Shown in pieces: positions 14,001-28,235 of a DNA stretch of 64,000 nt. Location: positions 2,976,001 through 3,040,000 of the forward strand of contig JAYWIR010000014.1 of the NCBI GenBank assembly GCA_036172245.1, given 5' to 3'. This stretch comes from Raillietiella orientalis. Taxonomy: Eukaryota. The number at the start of each line of letters is the position of its first letter. The stretch's first letter is position 1. The notes under the pieces were generated by a model. It was given only the letters and a program-made list of their open reading frames with translations, did no database searches and was not told the origin of the DNA. The translations under genes were made by a program, and so were the position numbers.

Positions 14001-17000
14001 TCGTCATTAATGAGTACTCAGTAAAATTATAATTAAACCAAAGTGTATATTGAAGAGAAGGCAGAAAATTATCATTAAATATGTTTGAGGGGAAATGCAT
14101 TAATGAGTTTTTCCATTCCTTGCAAAACATTAAAACTTAATTAATCAACCATATGCTATTCTTCATAATTTAATTGAAGATATTTTGCTAATTTATAAAA
14201 CTTATGTTTATGCATATTGAATATTTAGCCTACCATCATTAATGCTGTTGGGTTTAGCTTAATTCAGTGCAATATGAAATAATGGTATTTTTTAATTTGT
14301 ATATAGTAGTAATTAAGAAATATAATAACCATGATCGTATTTTAGGACCTACGATGAAGGAAAATTGCTGAGATCCGCAGGTAGTTTATATTCATTTCTT
14401 AAAAATTAAAACTTAATAACTTCAGAGTTAATGTTTGAAGCAGTTTAGTTTTCAAAGCATCCCATTTTCATGCATTACATGAATTGTGCTTATATGTCTA
14501 TAATGCAGTTCGGACAAGTTTTGTGCCAGTAAAAGCATATCTTAATGTATTAAATGATTAGATTTTCAAAACCAAACGAACTACATGTTTCAATAAAAAG
14601 TTCTGCTGTAGCTTTCATTTCATGATGTTTCTAATCGAAATTTTGGAAGTAACTTTTAACCATGAATGTGGATTTCCATTCTAATATTTGATTGTAGACT
14701 TTGCTACTCTTTGAATAAACAAATTATTTCATATAGTTAGTGTACTCTAGTGAGGAAGAATAGCAAATTTAAATTATGTGATAGTATTTATATTATTCTA
14801 GGGAGAAATTTCTGATTGAGTCTATAATTTGAATTATTATTTTTAGATGTTTACTTTAAATAAAAGTAAATGTTTAGATTTAAAACTACAATCATGTTAA
14901 TTTCACTGCAGAAGTAGAAAAAGAAAATCTCTAAGTGACAAGCACAGTAGATGAGAGGCTTTCATATGCATGAGACAGAACGTTTTCAATCATTTCTTTC
15001 ATCTTGATCACCAATTGGACATGTTTAAATCTCTCCAAAAAATTAAAGCAAACAATGCATTTGACTGAATCGTTCAAATAAACTGGTTACAAAGAATGCT
15101 TATATAAAAAATATAACTTTTGAATTAATCCGTGAATAATGAAGGTGTTGCTAAAGATTACACATAAAAATATGGATTTGACTATAATTCACTTGCTACA
15201 AATTTAAAACCTAATTATAACAAGATATTTTAGTCGAGTGATTTGAAAAAAATACGTATATTATTAGGATTGACCAATTTTTGTATGTTATTGCCATTAA
15301 GCAATCAGCATAAATAAAGTATTAAATAAATTAAGCAAGCAGCAAATATAAAGTATCATTAGAGAACTGCATGTGATAAACGTCGCAATGCTTCGTTAAT
15401 GTTTAGTTGCATCAAACTTTTAGGTGGAAATGAATCTCATCATTGAGTGGATTATTTTAAATCTAGTAAGAGTTAATTGCAGAATAATTAAATGTTAAAA
15501 TGAAACCACAAGTTTATTGTAGAGATATAAAAACTTTAAAATGACAACAGGTTTAAAAGTGAAGAACTTTCAATAGAAACTTAAATAGTGGCAAACTGTG
15601 ATCAGTTGACTACTTGTTCAATTTCATTTCAATCAATGACGTATATAATGAACCAAGAACAAGGTAGTGAATCCATGTGGAAAATATAATGTAAGAAATC
15701 ATGCAGTTTTTCCAAAGAAATTGTTTATAATTCAAGAAATCAGTCTCATCATGATGCCAAGTTTATTTGCTGATTCATTCAGAAGACTCAAAATTATAGG
15801 TTAACAAAAATTAGCAATAGAATTAGAAATACAAACTGCTTGAAAGAAAGTTTTTTTGATTATTTAAAGAAATGCAAAATTTAGAAACATTCATATGAAA
15901 AGACTTGATAGGATTTACTGTTCTCTTTTCATAAGCTTCTCTTAATTATATATTACTTTCTATTTGCTCCTATTTGTTTTAGTTAATGGGTGTCTAGTCT
16001 AATGTGTGCATTTTTCTTTTCTAGATTTTGAATGTTCATGGAGCCATACAACAAACCGGAGTGTTCATGAAGAGATACTTCATCAGTGGATATCTGCCAG
16101 TAAATCACTAAGAGAAACTATCTTTTCAAAATCCTGGTAATTTTTCCCCTAGAGTCACTACGTATGTATTAAATCTAATGGAAACATTATTTAAACTCAA
16201 GCAATAGTTGTTTCTTTTTAAAATTGTATAGATTACTGAGAACTAAGATTATATACACATGCATGTTTTTTTTCTTGGCAGGTTTTTTTTTGAAATAATA
16301 TTTAAGTCCATGGTAGAGTTTCTTCATTCCATTATTGGATTCCAGTCTGAGAGAAGAACCAGATTTCCTGTTACATTTAAAACAAACTTAAGCACATTAA
16401 TTAATCAGATTACTACAGAGGTTATCTCCAGTTCCAATGCAAAAGTAAGAATTGATATTTTTAAATTTGAAAATTTTTGACGTATTAAGAATTTGAGGAA
16501 TCCCTCTGGTGCTTAGTTTATTTAACATGAATGTATTTGTATGACAACCTTTTATTAGTAAATGGACTCTTTAGTCTAGTCATGAAGTCTCTTATAAATT
16601 TATAAATGCATTTTTGCTTTGGCAAATAGAGTCTTAAATATTTTACTTTCAGCATATGCAGTCTTTGAATATAAGTACTGCCTTCTTTCTGTTTAATTTG
16701 CTGTCAATTATGGACAGGAGATTTGTGTTTACACTCATTAAAACATACATAGATGAGATTTCAGCAAGGATTACCTGTATATCAGATCCTGTTTCTCTGT
16801 ATTGCATAAAGGTTAGTTGCTTGATTAACTAAGTGTTTTTTCTTTATAATAAAATACAGATAAATCTTATTATGTTTGGTAACTTTGTTTATTTGTTTAA
16901 AATTAACTTTTGCATCATTATTGTGACTTGTACAGTTGTTTATTTATTTGTGAAAGATTATCTGGGTTTGTTCATATTTTCTGATTTCACTTTTGCTTTA

Positions 17001-20000
17001 GCTAGATTTTCTGAACATAATCGCTAACCATCAAAATTTCTTTTATCTAAACTTACCATTTTGCACTCCCATTTTTGAAACTATGAGCATATTATCAAAT
17101 GCTGAAAGCTTATCAAGAATACAGTTTGGTGAAGCTCATTTAGAAGTTACAAAGCTCAGTAAGAAATTTCTGAGTCATCATTTTCTGGTTGGCTTGATTC
17201 TGGATACACTGGTAAAGGTGTTTGAAACCAAGTAATGTATTTGTTCAATACATTTTTTAGTAATTAAGTATTTCTGTGTTATTTTCAGATTTGAAGTATT
17301 GCATAAGAAAAGTGTTAATTTGCTGTATTGCATAATGAGGTGTTGTGATTCTGATCCACGTTATAGCACTGCAACAATAAAGTTAAGAATGGCTGCATTG
17401 TTTTTTCCATTAATTGGAACAATATTAAGTATCTTACCAGGACTTTTTAATTGGAAAGGTTTGTATTTACTCATCTTATACAATTACCATTGCCTGCATA
17501 CTGCATCTTTTTGAGAAACTAAAGATGTGAATAAGGCTAGAGTGATGCATATGTGTGGGGTTTTATTTTTCAAGACAAAAAGTCAACTTTTGGGTCATAT
17601 GCAACAATATAAGTTTACTAGAGTAAAAAAAAAAACAAAGTAGTAGATGTGAATCGGCAACTGATATTTATTTAGCAGGTCATTTAATTGAGTTGTTGCC
17701 ACACTCATTGGATAGCTCTCATGTTCAGCAGTCTGTTGTAATGGAAATTGCCGGCTCTTCATTGCTTGGAATGCAGGTTAGACATACCAGTTGCTCCAAA
17801 CATGTAACATGCTGATAAATTTCCAAATAATCTAGGAGGAAATGGAAGAAAAATATCTAACAGACTTAACAAGAAAATTGTTGCTTTGCTTTATTTGGAT
17901 CTTGAAAAATTCGTATAAAGAAATGCTTCTATCTTGGTGGAAAACTTTATCTTTGCAAGAATTAAATCAATTACTAATTGTGTTATACATCTGTATTTCG
18001 TGTTTCGAATACAAGGTGCGGCACATCTTTATATAATTAGATTATTCTGCATGCTTTTAAGGGAAAGGAAGCACATGAGAAGAAAATATCGCTGAATAGT
18101 GTAAAAGTTGGAGATCCAAAACTAAAACTCGAAAGTACGATATTAGGACATGGTTTTACTAGAAAGGAGTTGTGTGTTAAAGGTAAAATTACTTATAGAA
18201 TCATTGTTATTCAATCTTTCCCAGAACAAACATATTCATCTGGAGCTCTTCCGGAGCATTTACACAAAATGAGAGAACTTCTTGAGTCTTTTAATGGTTT
18301 TTCCGATTCGTCTGAATATGAATCGCAATTTAAGTTTATCTGTGATGCTGAATTGGCTCATGAAGTAAATTTGACAATTCTTGACTGTTTAGAACTGATT
18401 GTACAGGTTTAAATCAGAAATGAGTATGAAAACTTGCATAGTAATTTGTTTGCAGATTGCCCTGAGTGTTGATGGTTTCCAGTGTCTTGCACATACAGTA
18501 TTAAAAATCTTTCTACATGCTTTGCTGTGCAATCAAAGCAGCCTATACCTTGAAAATCTGTTTGCTTCACAACGATACTTGATCATGAAGGTAAAACGTT
18601 TTCTTTTTAGATATCTTTTGTGCATATAGGTAACAGTTACCAAATTTATTATTTAATGATGAGTCAGAATTATGTGCTGATCTCTGTTTGTGCCTTATAA
18701 AACATTGTAGTTCTGCCATACCGAGCATTCGATCACAAGCTAGTGCTTCATTATACATGTTGCTGAAGCAAAATTTCGAAATTGGCAACGTAAGTATTGT
18801 GATTGCAAGATCTTTTTAATCGTGATCACTTAGAATTTTGCCAAAGTGAAAATGCAAGTTACAGTATCTTTAAGTTTACTTGTAGCTGCTGAGAAGAATT
18901 TTCATGAAATGTTTTTGAAAAGATCTCTAAACACGATTTTAGCATATGCTAAAGAAGATGCTGATTTACGAAGTAGTAATTTTGCTGATCAAATCAAAGA
19001 TTTAGTTTTTAATCTGATTATGATAATTTCTAATACTGTAAAACTGAAGGAATATCAAGATGATTCCGACATGCTTATAGATTTAATGTATTCTATTGCA
19101 AAAGGTTATCAGAACTCCCCTAGTCTTCGTTTGACATGGCTTGCAAGCATAGCCAATAAGCAAATAGAAGTATGTTGAATTTTAACATCATTGCAGAGTT
19201 CATTATATGCTTAGGAAGGTAACCATCTAGAAGCAGGCATGTGTTATATCCATAGTGCTGCTTTAGTTGCTGAGTATTTGTACATGTTGGAAGATTGTAA
19301 ATATTTGCCTACTGGTAAATATATCATAACACAAAGACTTTTTAACACATGTTTTTGTAGGAGCAACCTCCTTTGCTGTTATTTCCCCCAATGTTTTACA
19401 AGAAAGTGCCATATCAGACGATGTTATTAGTCCTTACGAGGAAGGGGCACGTTCCAGAAAATTATTCAATGAACACGATTTATTGCATTTGATGGAAGAA
19501 GCTATTCATTGTTTTAACCAAGTAATGTTTGTATTAGAAAGAAAAAAAAAATTCTAAAATCGATTTAGGCCCACAGCTATGAGTACGTTAATGAAATCTA
19601 CAAAATTTTAATTCCAATAGTGGAAAAAACTCGAGATTTCAAAAGTTTGGCCAATATTTATTGGTATGGAAGACCATTTGTTTAATTTGTTGCTATATTT
19701 GTTTCAGTAAACTAGGTGATATCTGTCATAAAATTGATCAGCAGCAAGACAAAAGAGTGTTTGAAACCTATTTTCGTGTAGGATTTTATGGATCTAAATT
19801 CAAAGACTTGAACAACAAAGAGTTCATATACAAAGAACCCAAATTGACGAAATTATCAGAAATCTCCAATCACCTTGAAGTAAAAACTTATAGCAGTAAT
19901 AATTAAGAAATGATTTTTTTTTTTCTTAGAACTTTTATACTGAAAGACTGCATCTGAAAAATATGCAAATTATTAAGGATTCCAATCCAGTAAATGTGGG

Positions 20001-20794
20001 AAAATTGGATTCGAATATGGCATATATTCAGATTACTTATGTTGAGCCGTACCTTGAGAACTGGGAAAAACAAGAGAGGCCAACAAGTTTTGAACAAAAT
20101 TATAATATTAGTGGGTGTTAGCAGTGCACTGTTTGAGTACATATGGTCTTTTTTTAGAGCACTTTGTTTTTGCAACACCATTTACGAAAGATGGACGTGC
20201 TCATGGTGAACTCCATGAGCAGTTTAAGAGGAAGACAGTTTTAACTACAGCTCATCATTTTCCATATATCAAAAAAAGAATTCAAGTTGTCAAACGACAA
20301 TCGGTATGCTCATGCAGATTTTCACGAACTTATATTTACTACAGCAAGTACTTGATCCAATTGAAGTCGCCATCGAAGACATTCAAAAAAAAACCTGGGA
20401 GCTACGTTCAGTCACGCAGCAAGAACCACCTGATCCCAAAATTCTACAGATGGTATTGCAAGGGAGCATTGGTACTACTGTCAATCAAGGTCCCATGGAA
20501 ATGGCCATAATATTCCTCAAGAATAAGGCATCTCCTTTCGAGAAACATGAAAATAAACTCAAACTGTGCTTTAAATATTTTTCCAAAAGGTAACTAGCGT
20601 AATTTGATGGTTGACTGTGTAAAGTTTCGTTTTCAAGGTGTGCTGATGCCCTGCAGAAAAACAAAGAATTAATAGGACCTAACCAAAAAGAATATCAAAG
20701 GGAATTGGAAAGAACATACCAGTTGTTTGCGGAACAGTTGATGCCTTTAATAACATTAAACACTGTAAATAAACTAACAGTATTACCAAACTGA
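2041..20794 (+). CDS. DOCK7: Dedicator of cytokinesis, DOCK-C subfamily (DOCK6/7/8, Zizimin-related) Rho-GEF; about 38 GT-AG exons
   Basis: N-terminus [23 protein letters not shown] (exons 2041-2078, 2127-2220). [33 protein letters not shown]-1/C2 [43 protein letters not shown]-2 [45 protein letters not shown]. Stop TGA at 20792-20794. The frame is preserved across the canonical introns I traced. Confidence 0.96.
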
Positions 20795-22059
20795 ACCAAA
20801 GAATACACTGTTTGAAGGATACATTTTTGTTTTGGGGCTCAGTTTATTTAATGCCCGTTCCAACTAAAGCATGTTACATGCTTCATTACACATTTCATAA
20901 GATATTTCTAATTTGCTGGCTGGATCAACCTTAAATGACGTAGGTAAATTGAAAGCACTAGTGGCCCCCAAAATATTGCTACTGAGCTTCATTAATTCCT
21001 TAAATAAAACTAATTGGAATCAAGACAAGCTGAGGTGTCGGTGGCAGTGCTTCGGAAATTAGAACTAATGTTAAATATGAATCACCTATCGCATTTGTGC
21101 TGTGGTGTACGTGTCCGCGTGCGTGTTTCTGAAGAGGTCAGTCTTTCCAAAGAAATGTTAGCAGAATTCCCTTTGTTGTTATATATATATAAAGCTCAAA
21201 CTGGAAAATACAATAAGTGCTGTTTTTTATCGACACTCTTTGGTCGCACTCTTTATCTCCGACTATCATACTTGAGAATTGCCATTTGCCCCCAGAATGA
21301 AGAACAAATGGAGTCCGAGTTCCAGCCTTCCCCATAAATCACATTCTGTGTTTTCCTGGGAAGCTCGAGTGAACGTGACCCGTACTGACCTCAATGGCCA
21401 TTTTCGCGGCCGTAAACACGGAATGAATCAAAGATCCTGCGTACCCTTTGAAAACTCGCGGCGCTGCTGGGCATAGGTAGGTAGGTTGCTAGGCGACAAC
21501 CGGAGATTTACCTAAAATGATGGCAGTGTAGGAGGTGTTCACAACTGCACAGTGTGCAACACCGCATATAGCCAAGCGTATGAGTAACAGGAAAAAAAAT
21601 ACACGCAACTGCCCAAACAAGGCAACTTTGTATCGAACTTCTTTCTCAGTTTGCAATGAAATTCCGGCTCCAATCTGATTCGTCTTCTCAACCTCACTTG
21701 ACAACTTGATTTCTACCCGATATGGTGTAACAAGGCATAATGAACTGACCATTTTCAGAGAACCCAAACTAATTACGTGTAGATTATACACGCTCACCCA
21801 ATTGGCGATTCTTACTGCTTAATTAATTGCATTTGAAATAACTGGTTCAAAACTGTATGACTAGTGGAAACTATATGGATTTTAAAACTGCATGGCATTC
21901 ACGTTAAGTTTTTTTTGTGTATGTGCCTAGTAAATGGCGTAATATATAGCAAAGATTGATCGTGCCTTGTGCAAAAGTGGTCAGTGCTTGTCATAAGTGT
22001 GTCCTTCTAATGTTCCAAGCGCAGAAATACCCAGTTAATTGCCAGCTGTTAATGTCCCG

Positions 22060-23600
22060 ATGATTACACTCATATCAGCATGAAAAGATACTCTCCTGAC
22101 ACGATATTCCGATAAAATGAAATAATGGTCTCCAGCTATTCCGGTGGGATCCCACTTTGAAAACCACAACAGGGAAACGGCGGCCATTACAATAAAGCTG
22201 TTGTGATTTGCTGTTGGTGCTGTAGACGGCTGTTAGTATACTTCCTCGATATAAAATCCATCTGGACATACACTTGCCCTGCTCACTATTGAAGATCAAC
22301 TGAAGATAAGCAATTTATGCACCGATGCAGCTTGTAAAAGAAATACTTTGCACATTCGAAACCAGAAATCAAAGGCTGTAAGCACATTGCTGGTTGTGAG
22401 CCGCAGGAGAGGGTGGCTGCTCTGCCTGATCCGATAAGGCGAGTGCTTGGCACCAATTGTGGACCAGAATTCGTTGGTCCACTGCTTGGCCTCTGAAGCT
22501 GGAACTGAGAAATGCAAAGCAATGAATAGCAAAAACTCATCTGCTAAGGTTACTCTTTTTGTGCTTCATTCTCGACTATGGTGGGAACCTTGAAGATGAG
22601 GAATGGACGAGAATGACTGTGGATGTTGTGAAGAAATTGTTGTCCATTCCATCAAGGTATCCTGTATCTGTGGAATCAAATGGGAAGTACAGCGATGCTA
22701 TATGCAGGTTTGCATTCCCACAATTGTTTTCTGCAGGTGAGACACAGAGATGATTTGTACGATGAGTTTGGGGGCTGGAGCTATGAGAGTCGGCATACAT
22801 TTCCAATATTTCAGAGATTTTCGGTGCTCTTCACGAGACAATTTGTTTTTTGAAAACTACTTCTCAGGATAGAATGATCAAGTGCATTATATGTTATCAA
22901 GTACTAAAAAAAAGAAAAATATAATATCTGAATTGCATATTATGATTCAAATATTATGTCGTTTCTTTTTTGGAAGGCTGCGAAAACGGGATTTTTGTTG
23001 GTTTGGAATGAATTTTGAAGTTTCAGCTGCTCCATAGAATGTTGCGTTGCCAGCTAGGGCAGTTGACAGCCATCCTTGCCACAGTTAGGCATACAGCAGT
23101 TGTAGATGTGAGTGGGAGCAGCAGTTGGAAGCTAGAGCCATGACTGCTTTGTCTCCATTCATGAAAACATAATCTGACCTAGATCGCATGATCATCCGCG
23201 AATCTGGACCCCAGTTAGGTCGCCATCTTTGGAGATGGCATCCACACGTAATTTCTTTGGGGGAGGACAACGGCCAAGTCTGTCTCGAAGATCCTAAATA
23301 AGTCTCTAAGATTGTAAATAGAAAATCATGAATCTCTTGAATGGTGGTTGTTAGTGAGCATCTTAGAGAATCTAAGCTGTGTAAAAGGCGATTCACTGAG
23401 TAACGCAGCTGCTGCAGAAATAGAAAGGAATTTGGAGGAAAGGGCTTTCATTGCCAAGTTACCAACGTTCCCGGTGTGTTGATCTCCATTTTCTTCTGGT
23501 GATGGTAATTTGGATCTACTCATAAGGCTTTAACGATGAATTGTTCAAGAAACACTGAAGAAATGCAGCCTCTGACAAAATCAATCAGATCTATACTCGT
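22060..23600 (+). mobile_element. Heavily decayed R2-like (RLE) non-LTR retrotransposon fragment
   Basis: Fragments in R2-like order: MTVDVVKKLLSIPS (post-RT 'IR..VK.WL.LP'), EWEQQLEARAM, and VSILENLSCVKG..AAEIERNLEERAF..PTF..GNLDLLI (degenerate H-x3-C..RH..EP..PDL). Many stops and frameshifts. Confidence 0.45.
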
Positions 23601-25467
23601 TCAAAAGGCAGTCAGTTTTGTATTTGGGAATAACCTGATGTCGTTCCTGATAATGCTATTCATTACGAATTCTTACGCTCTTTGACACATGCCCTTCGGC
23701 TTACTTCTAATGCTATCGTAGTGATGGGCCGAAGGATTTGGCTAATGCTGCATGCACATTTTCAACACACATTATCGAAGAGTACGAATGAAACGAAATG
23801 CTTCAGAGCGTAGTTTATTGTCAACGAGGGACATCACCCTATCTTTCCTTATCAAAAAAAAACTGGGAAATCGAAAAAAGCTATAAGAAGGGAGCTTGCG
23901 TTCACTATATTCAGGAAATTCTGGGAAGAAAAGGAAGGAAAACACTGGGAGGTGGGCGCTTCTGTTTTCCAAGTCCAAGAATCCAAACACCAGTCCATGC
24001 CCTGGTTGTCCGTCTCTTAAGGTCGGAGCACCCTAAAAACGACCGTTTCGTCGAAGAACTGGGAGTCTCTAAGTTCCATGCTAATAGTTCTCTAAGTTCC
24101 ACGTAGTAGGGAAGTGAGGGACTGATCCCTCCGAAGGAGCTGCTGCTACTTGGAGAGCACATGATACTCGAAGGCTCATGTAAGAAAATAGCGGTTAGAC
24201 ATCGGACCCAGTCACTTAGTCCTCTCTGCAAACTGCGATTGTCGCCCCCCAAAAAAAATCTTGAAGATTGTGTATTCCTCGTTTCATATCGTTTCTGCCA
24301 ACCCCTTACTTTCGGAACAAGGCTATTACCATGGCAATAGAAAACGATTCGAGACATGGCACAGAGAAAGGACGAGCACGGAGGCCCCAGTCATGGGTCT
24401 CTACTGTTGTGTGCGAAATAGGCAAGGCGAGATGGAGCGAAGTTCGGGATAAGCATCACTGAGGAGCAGTTCGATTTCTCAGCATCAGGAAGTTCCTTTC
24501 TCGGAACGGAAAGGCATTTTGCTACACAAAGCAGTAAGTGTAACACCATAAAATAAAATAAAATAAAAAGCTAGTCGTTATCAAGAAGGAAACCGAGAGA
24601 AGGATAGAAATTATTTTCATTCATGTTGGATTTCTCATGTATGGTGCGGTAACAAAACGTCCACGCATTTGAAGTACTTTATGTACTTCGGCAGGAAAAT
24701 TTTTCCCCCCGTATGTACATTATAGATTCGAAAAATGTAAAGTTGCAAAAAGAACCAAAGCTTCCAGCTTTATTTTTCGAGTTTCAACGAAATTCAGTTA
24801 GAATATCGGCCATGCGGTGTGCGACTCTTAGAAATTCACCTTCAGACTTCTTTGGTCTTTTAATCATATTCGCAAATGTCACATCATTATGCCTTCGCCA
24901 CACAGACGTAGGAAGTGTGCAGGTCGTGCAGCACACCATACATATGCGTCTGCAAGAAACTCCTTATGCAACTTTTGTGCCTTGCAACCGTCGGTTGTTC
25001 TCTTCTGTACTTTTCTTCGGAGTGATGCTTCCTCCTTCCTTCCTTCCTCTGACGAACTTTTAGGGCCGACCCTCCTTTCTCGAAGAAATGAAACGTTGAA
25101 ATGTATCTTACTGGAGCTCTGTAGCCAGTGGCTTGTTTCTCACGTGCCTGCGCTGCAGGCCAAAAGGTCGCCAGCAGCTAGTGAAAGTGCAAGGAATAGC
25201 TGCCTCATATTCCATAAACGCAGTACCTCTGAAGAGCAAAACAAACGCCATGGCAATAACTGCCGCAGACACCCAATGAATGCGCGGGTGTACATATCCT
25301 TTCACTAACGAGAGCTCAGTTGAGGCTGTGCTCGATAGGCTTGGTCAAAACAGAGTGTATATCATTTTATCCGCTGGAGTGTGTACACTTTCCAGCGTCA
25401 CAATAGCATCGTTTCGTTCATCGGCTTGGGTAGGTTGCGGTTAACGCCTGTGGTCAAAAAGTCGAAA

Positions 25468-26095
25468 ATGGAGGACCAGGAACAAGTCGTGAAACTCCAC
25501 TTCGAACCAGGAAAGTCCGCACCGGAAGCATCAAATGACCCTGGAATGGAACGAGGAGGCGGTTGCTCATCGCGCGCGTGCCTTTTCGAGTGGTACTTTG
25601 AGATCGCACTACTTGAGGGAGAGTTGCGGCCGGTGACAAATCGTGGATGCTTTCAGTGCGGCTCGAAAGACAAGACGGCTTACCATAGGGGAGGTCCGAC
25701 TGCGTTCAGTGTCGAGTCGTAAGGGTGCTAATTATTTTCTTCGATGGGGACACGATCCTACAAAATTCGTTCCGGTTATCATTCAGTATCACCTCGGTGT
25801 CAAGGAGCGTCCTGATCGCTGCATGAGATGAGCGAGGGAAGGGAGGAGTACGGAAAAAACAGCTGGCTGTGGCTGCGATGACGACGCGCCCACGCATTGT
25901 GCATTACAAGGCAGCTTCTCCCTCTAAAATTGCACCATTCGCCCTTCTCGAAGAGCCTGACGTGAGTGGGCATTTGTTTTCTGAAAACGAAGTGACGCAA
26001 TGGAGGCCAATCTTTAAAGGCCTACCGGCGGCTCTTTGAAAATTTGTATGAACAGGGGAGATGCATCCAGTTAAAGGAAGATTACACTCAAAATG
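25468..26095 (+). mobile_element. Decayed, internally deleted mariner transposase
   Basis: Across several frames and in the right order: MEDQEQVVKLHFEPGKSAPEA..SRACLFEWY (HTH), RRLTIGEV..KFVP, CDDDAPTHCAL (HHDNAPAH), HHSPFSKSL (HPPYSPDL), RCIQLKEDY (C-terminal CI...G.Y). Confidence 0.7.
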
Positions 26096-26449
26096 GATAA
26101 ATGCCTGCGGTTTCTCTTCTTTTTTTTTTTTTTTCTTTTTGAAGGGGGGGGGGGGTAATGCAAATGTTGGCGCGCACTGTGTACATTCGTTTACGTATTT
26201 GTTGTGCAGTTCTCTCGATCGTTTATTCGCCAAACTCACAAAGCCTTTCATCATGACCTCACTTGACACCCATCACAAGCAATACCAAGATGTGCAAATT
26301 TATTCAGTATGGCACTTTGGTGCGTTGAATTTTTGATGTCATTCACTCTGCACAGGTCAGAAAACACAAAATGGCTTCGCTGAGTGGCGACCGATGGTTC
26401 TCCGTGTAACACATTCTGAGTTTTTTCAGTGCATCTTGAAATTTGGCAG

Positions 26450-27140
26450 CATACGGATGGAAAAACGTTGACGTCAAAATGTTAGGGATGAACTTGTCTG
26501 AAAGGAAATCTCGTTAATGTACACGCCATGGGAACGGCGCGCGAGTGGAAACGCAAGGCAAGATGCGAGCGTACCGCAAGCAGATCGGATACAGGCCTTA
26601 ACGAAACGAAAAACTGCAAGGTACAAGCGAGGATAAGCGTGCTTCAGCGATCACCACGCATGTGATGGGATTGAGAGAGAAAAGGATGAGCGATCTGCAG
26701 AAACGCAAATTGATGTTGCAGGAAATTGCCGACAGAAAAATGCTTTGAACGGCACAGAAATTTGTCGCACGGAATGGAGGAAAACACCAGAAGGCTTTGG
26801 AAGCGGTCAGTTCGTTTGCAGCTGGGCGAAAGAACAAGGGTGTCCTTCGTCACGACAAAAACTTGTTTTTGCATCAGCATCAGGAACAATGAGAGAAGCA
26901 GATGTGAAGTAGATAAGTGGATTCCGGTGATGCAGGTTCTGTGGAGCGTGCATCGTTGTGGACAACTTGGCACTCTCAAGCAGGAGCGACGAGGCGAGGG
27001 TGTCGTTATTCATGCCTGAGAGTCCACTTCCCGAGTGGCAGCTTGCAATGCCCAAGCAAGGGTGGTTTTGCTTCCAGCTTTCCGAAGATCAAAGACTACC
27101 AAAGGGTAGCATACATAAGCTGAAAATGCCTATGAGGTGC
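26450..27140 (+). mobile_element. Second decayed mariner transposase remnant
   Basis: KRKLMLQEIADR (RKLKLREIAD), RRLWKRSVRLQL (RKL..RWVP.LL) and FVTTKTCF (FVT.DETW); frameshifted. Confidence 0.5.
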
Positions 27141-28208
27141 TAAGCGTAAGATGAACGAATAAGTATAAGTGAGCGGGCGAAGAAAGGTACATCGGGACAC
27201 GGAATTTTGCTATCGTCTTCATCACTTTGAATTTTGAATCATGAACTCAGGAGATATTAAGCCCTCGAAAGGGAATGCCTCAAATAATCCCGTCGCAAAC
27301 TATCGATTCGAATATTCAGCTAGGGTCACTCCTTTCCTTAGAGCGATGAGAGGTGGTAGCCATGGAGGAAATCTCGCGTTTCCCGCTGAAAGTACCGCAG
27401 CTGCCAGTTTGAATCTTCTTCCAACATGACGGCTGTTTAAGTGAAAAGTCTGCGTCTAACATGAAGAGCCGCCGAAATAGCTGCAATTTAGCGAATTCCG
27501 CACGAATGCTGCTAACATCACCATTATTTCTATTAACCAGTTATATCGTTTCTTCAAGATGGGTGACAAAACGATCGAGAGGGAAACCATACCTGCGTTG
27601 AATCCAGCAATGACGAGAAGCCGCTTCTTAATGAAGTCAACCACAAGTTCGAAAGGAACGACTTGGGTGTTTAACAGCCTTCTATAGACGCCGAACAAAT
27701 GAATCGTTTCCTCTTTTATGTCGGCCAGTGCAGCTCCAAACTCCATTCCGAACATGCGGCGAAACAAATGCAGAGTGTCAGGATCCTTGTACAAATACTC
27801 TGTAAGTCTCGAAATGACCTGAAACGTACAAACCCGTTAAACTAGTTAAGCGTTTGGAATTCCAAGGAGAGAATTGGTACATTTCGACCGTACGGTTGGG
27901 GTGCGATCAGGTGGATCTCGAACAGAATAAATAAATAGACCTTCCGTTACAAATCCGTGCGCTGGAAAGTCACTCGAAGAACTGATACTTGATTCTTTCG
28001 CTTCTGGGATTAATTTTCCGCTAATCCACTTCCATTCGATTAATTCACACCAATCGCGGATACCTATTCGCCTTCGGTCAACTAATCCCAGCTCCTTAAG
28101 AGTAAGCGAAGGATGCTTTCTATAGGAGGACTGCATCGTCCACTGTAATCGGGCTTTCTCTACATAATTACGCAACCTCATGTACTAGTTAAACAGCTAT
28201 CCGCATCC

Positions 28209-28235
28209 GTTTCGATCAAAGCATTTGATCGAAAC
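28209..28235. repeat. Perfect 12-bp inverted repeat with 3-nt loop
   Basis: GTTTCGATCAAA-GCA-TTTGATCGAAAC. Confidence 0.95.
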
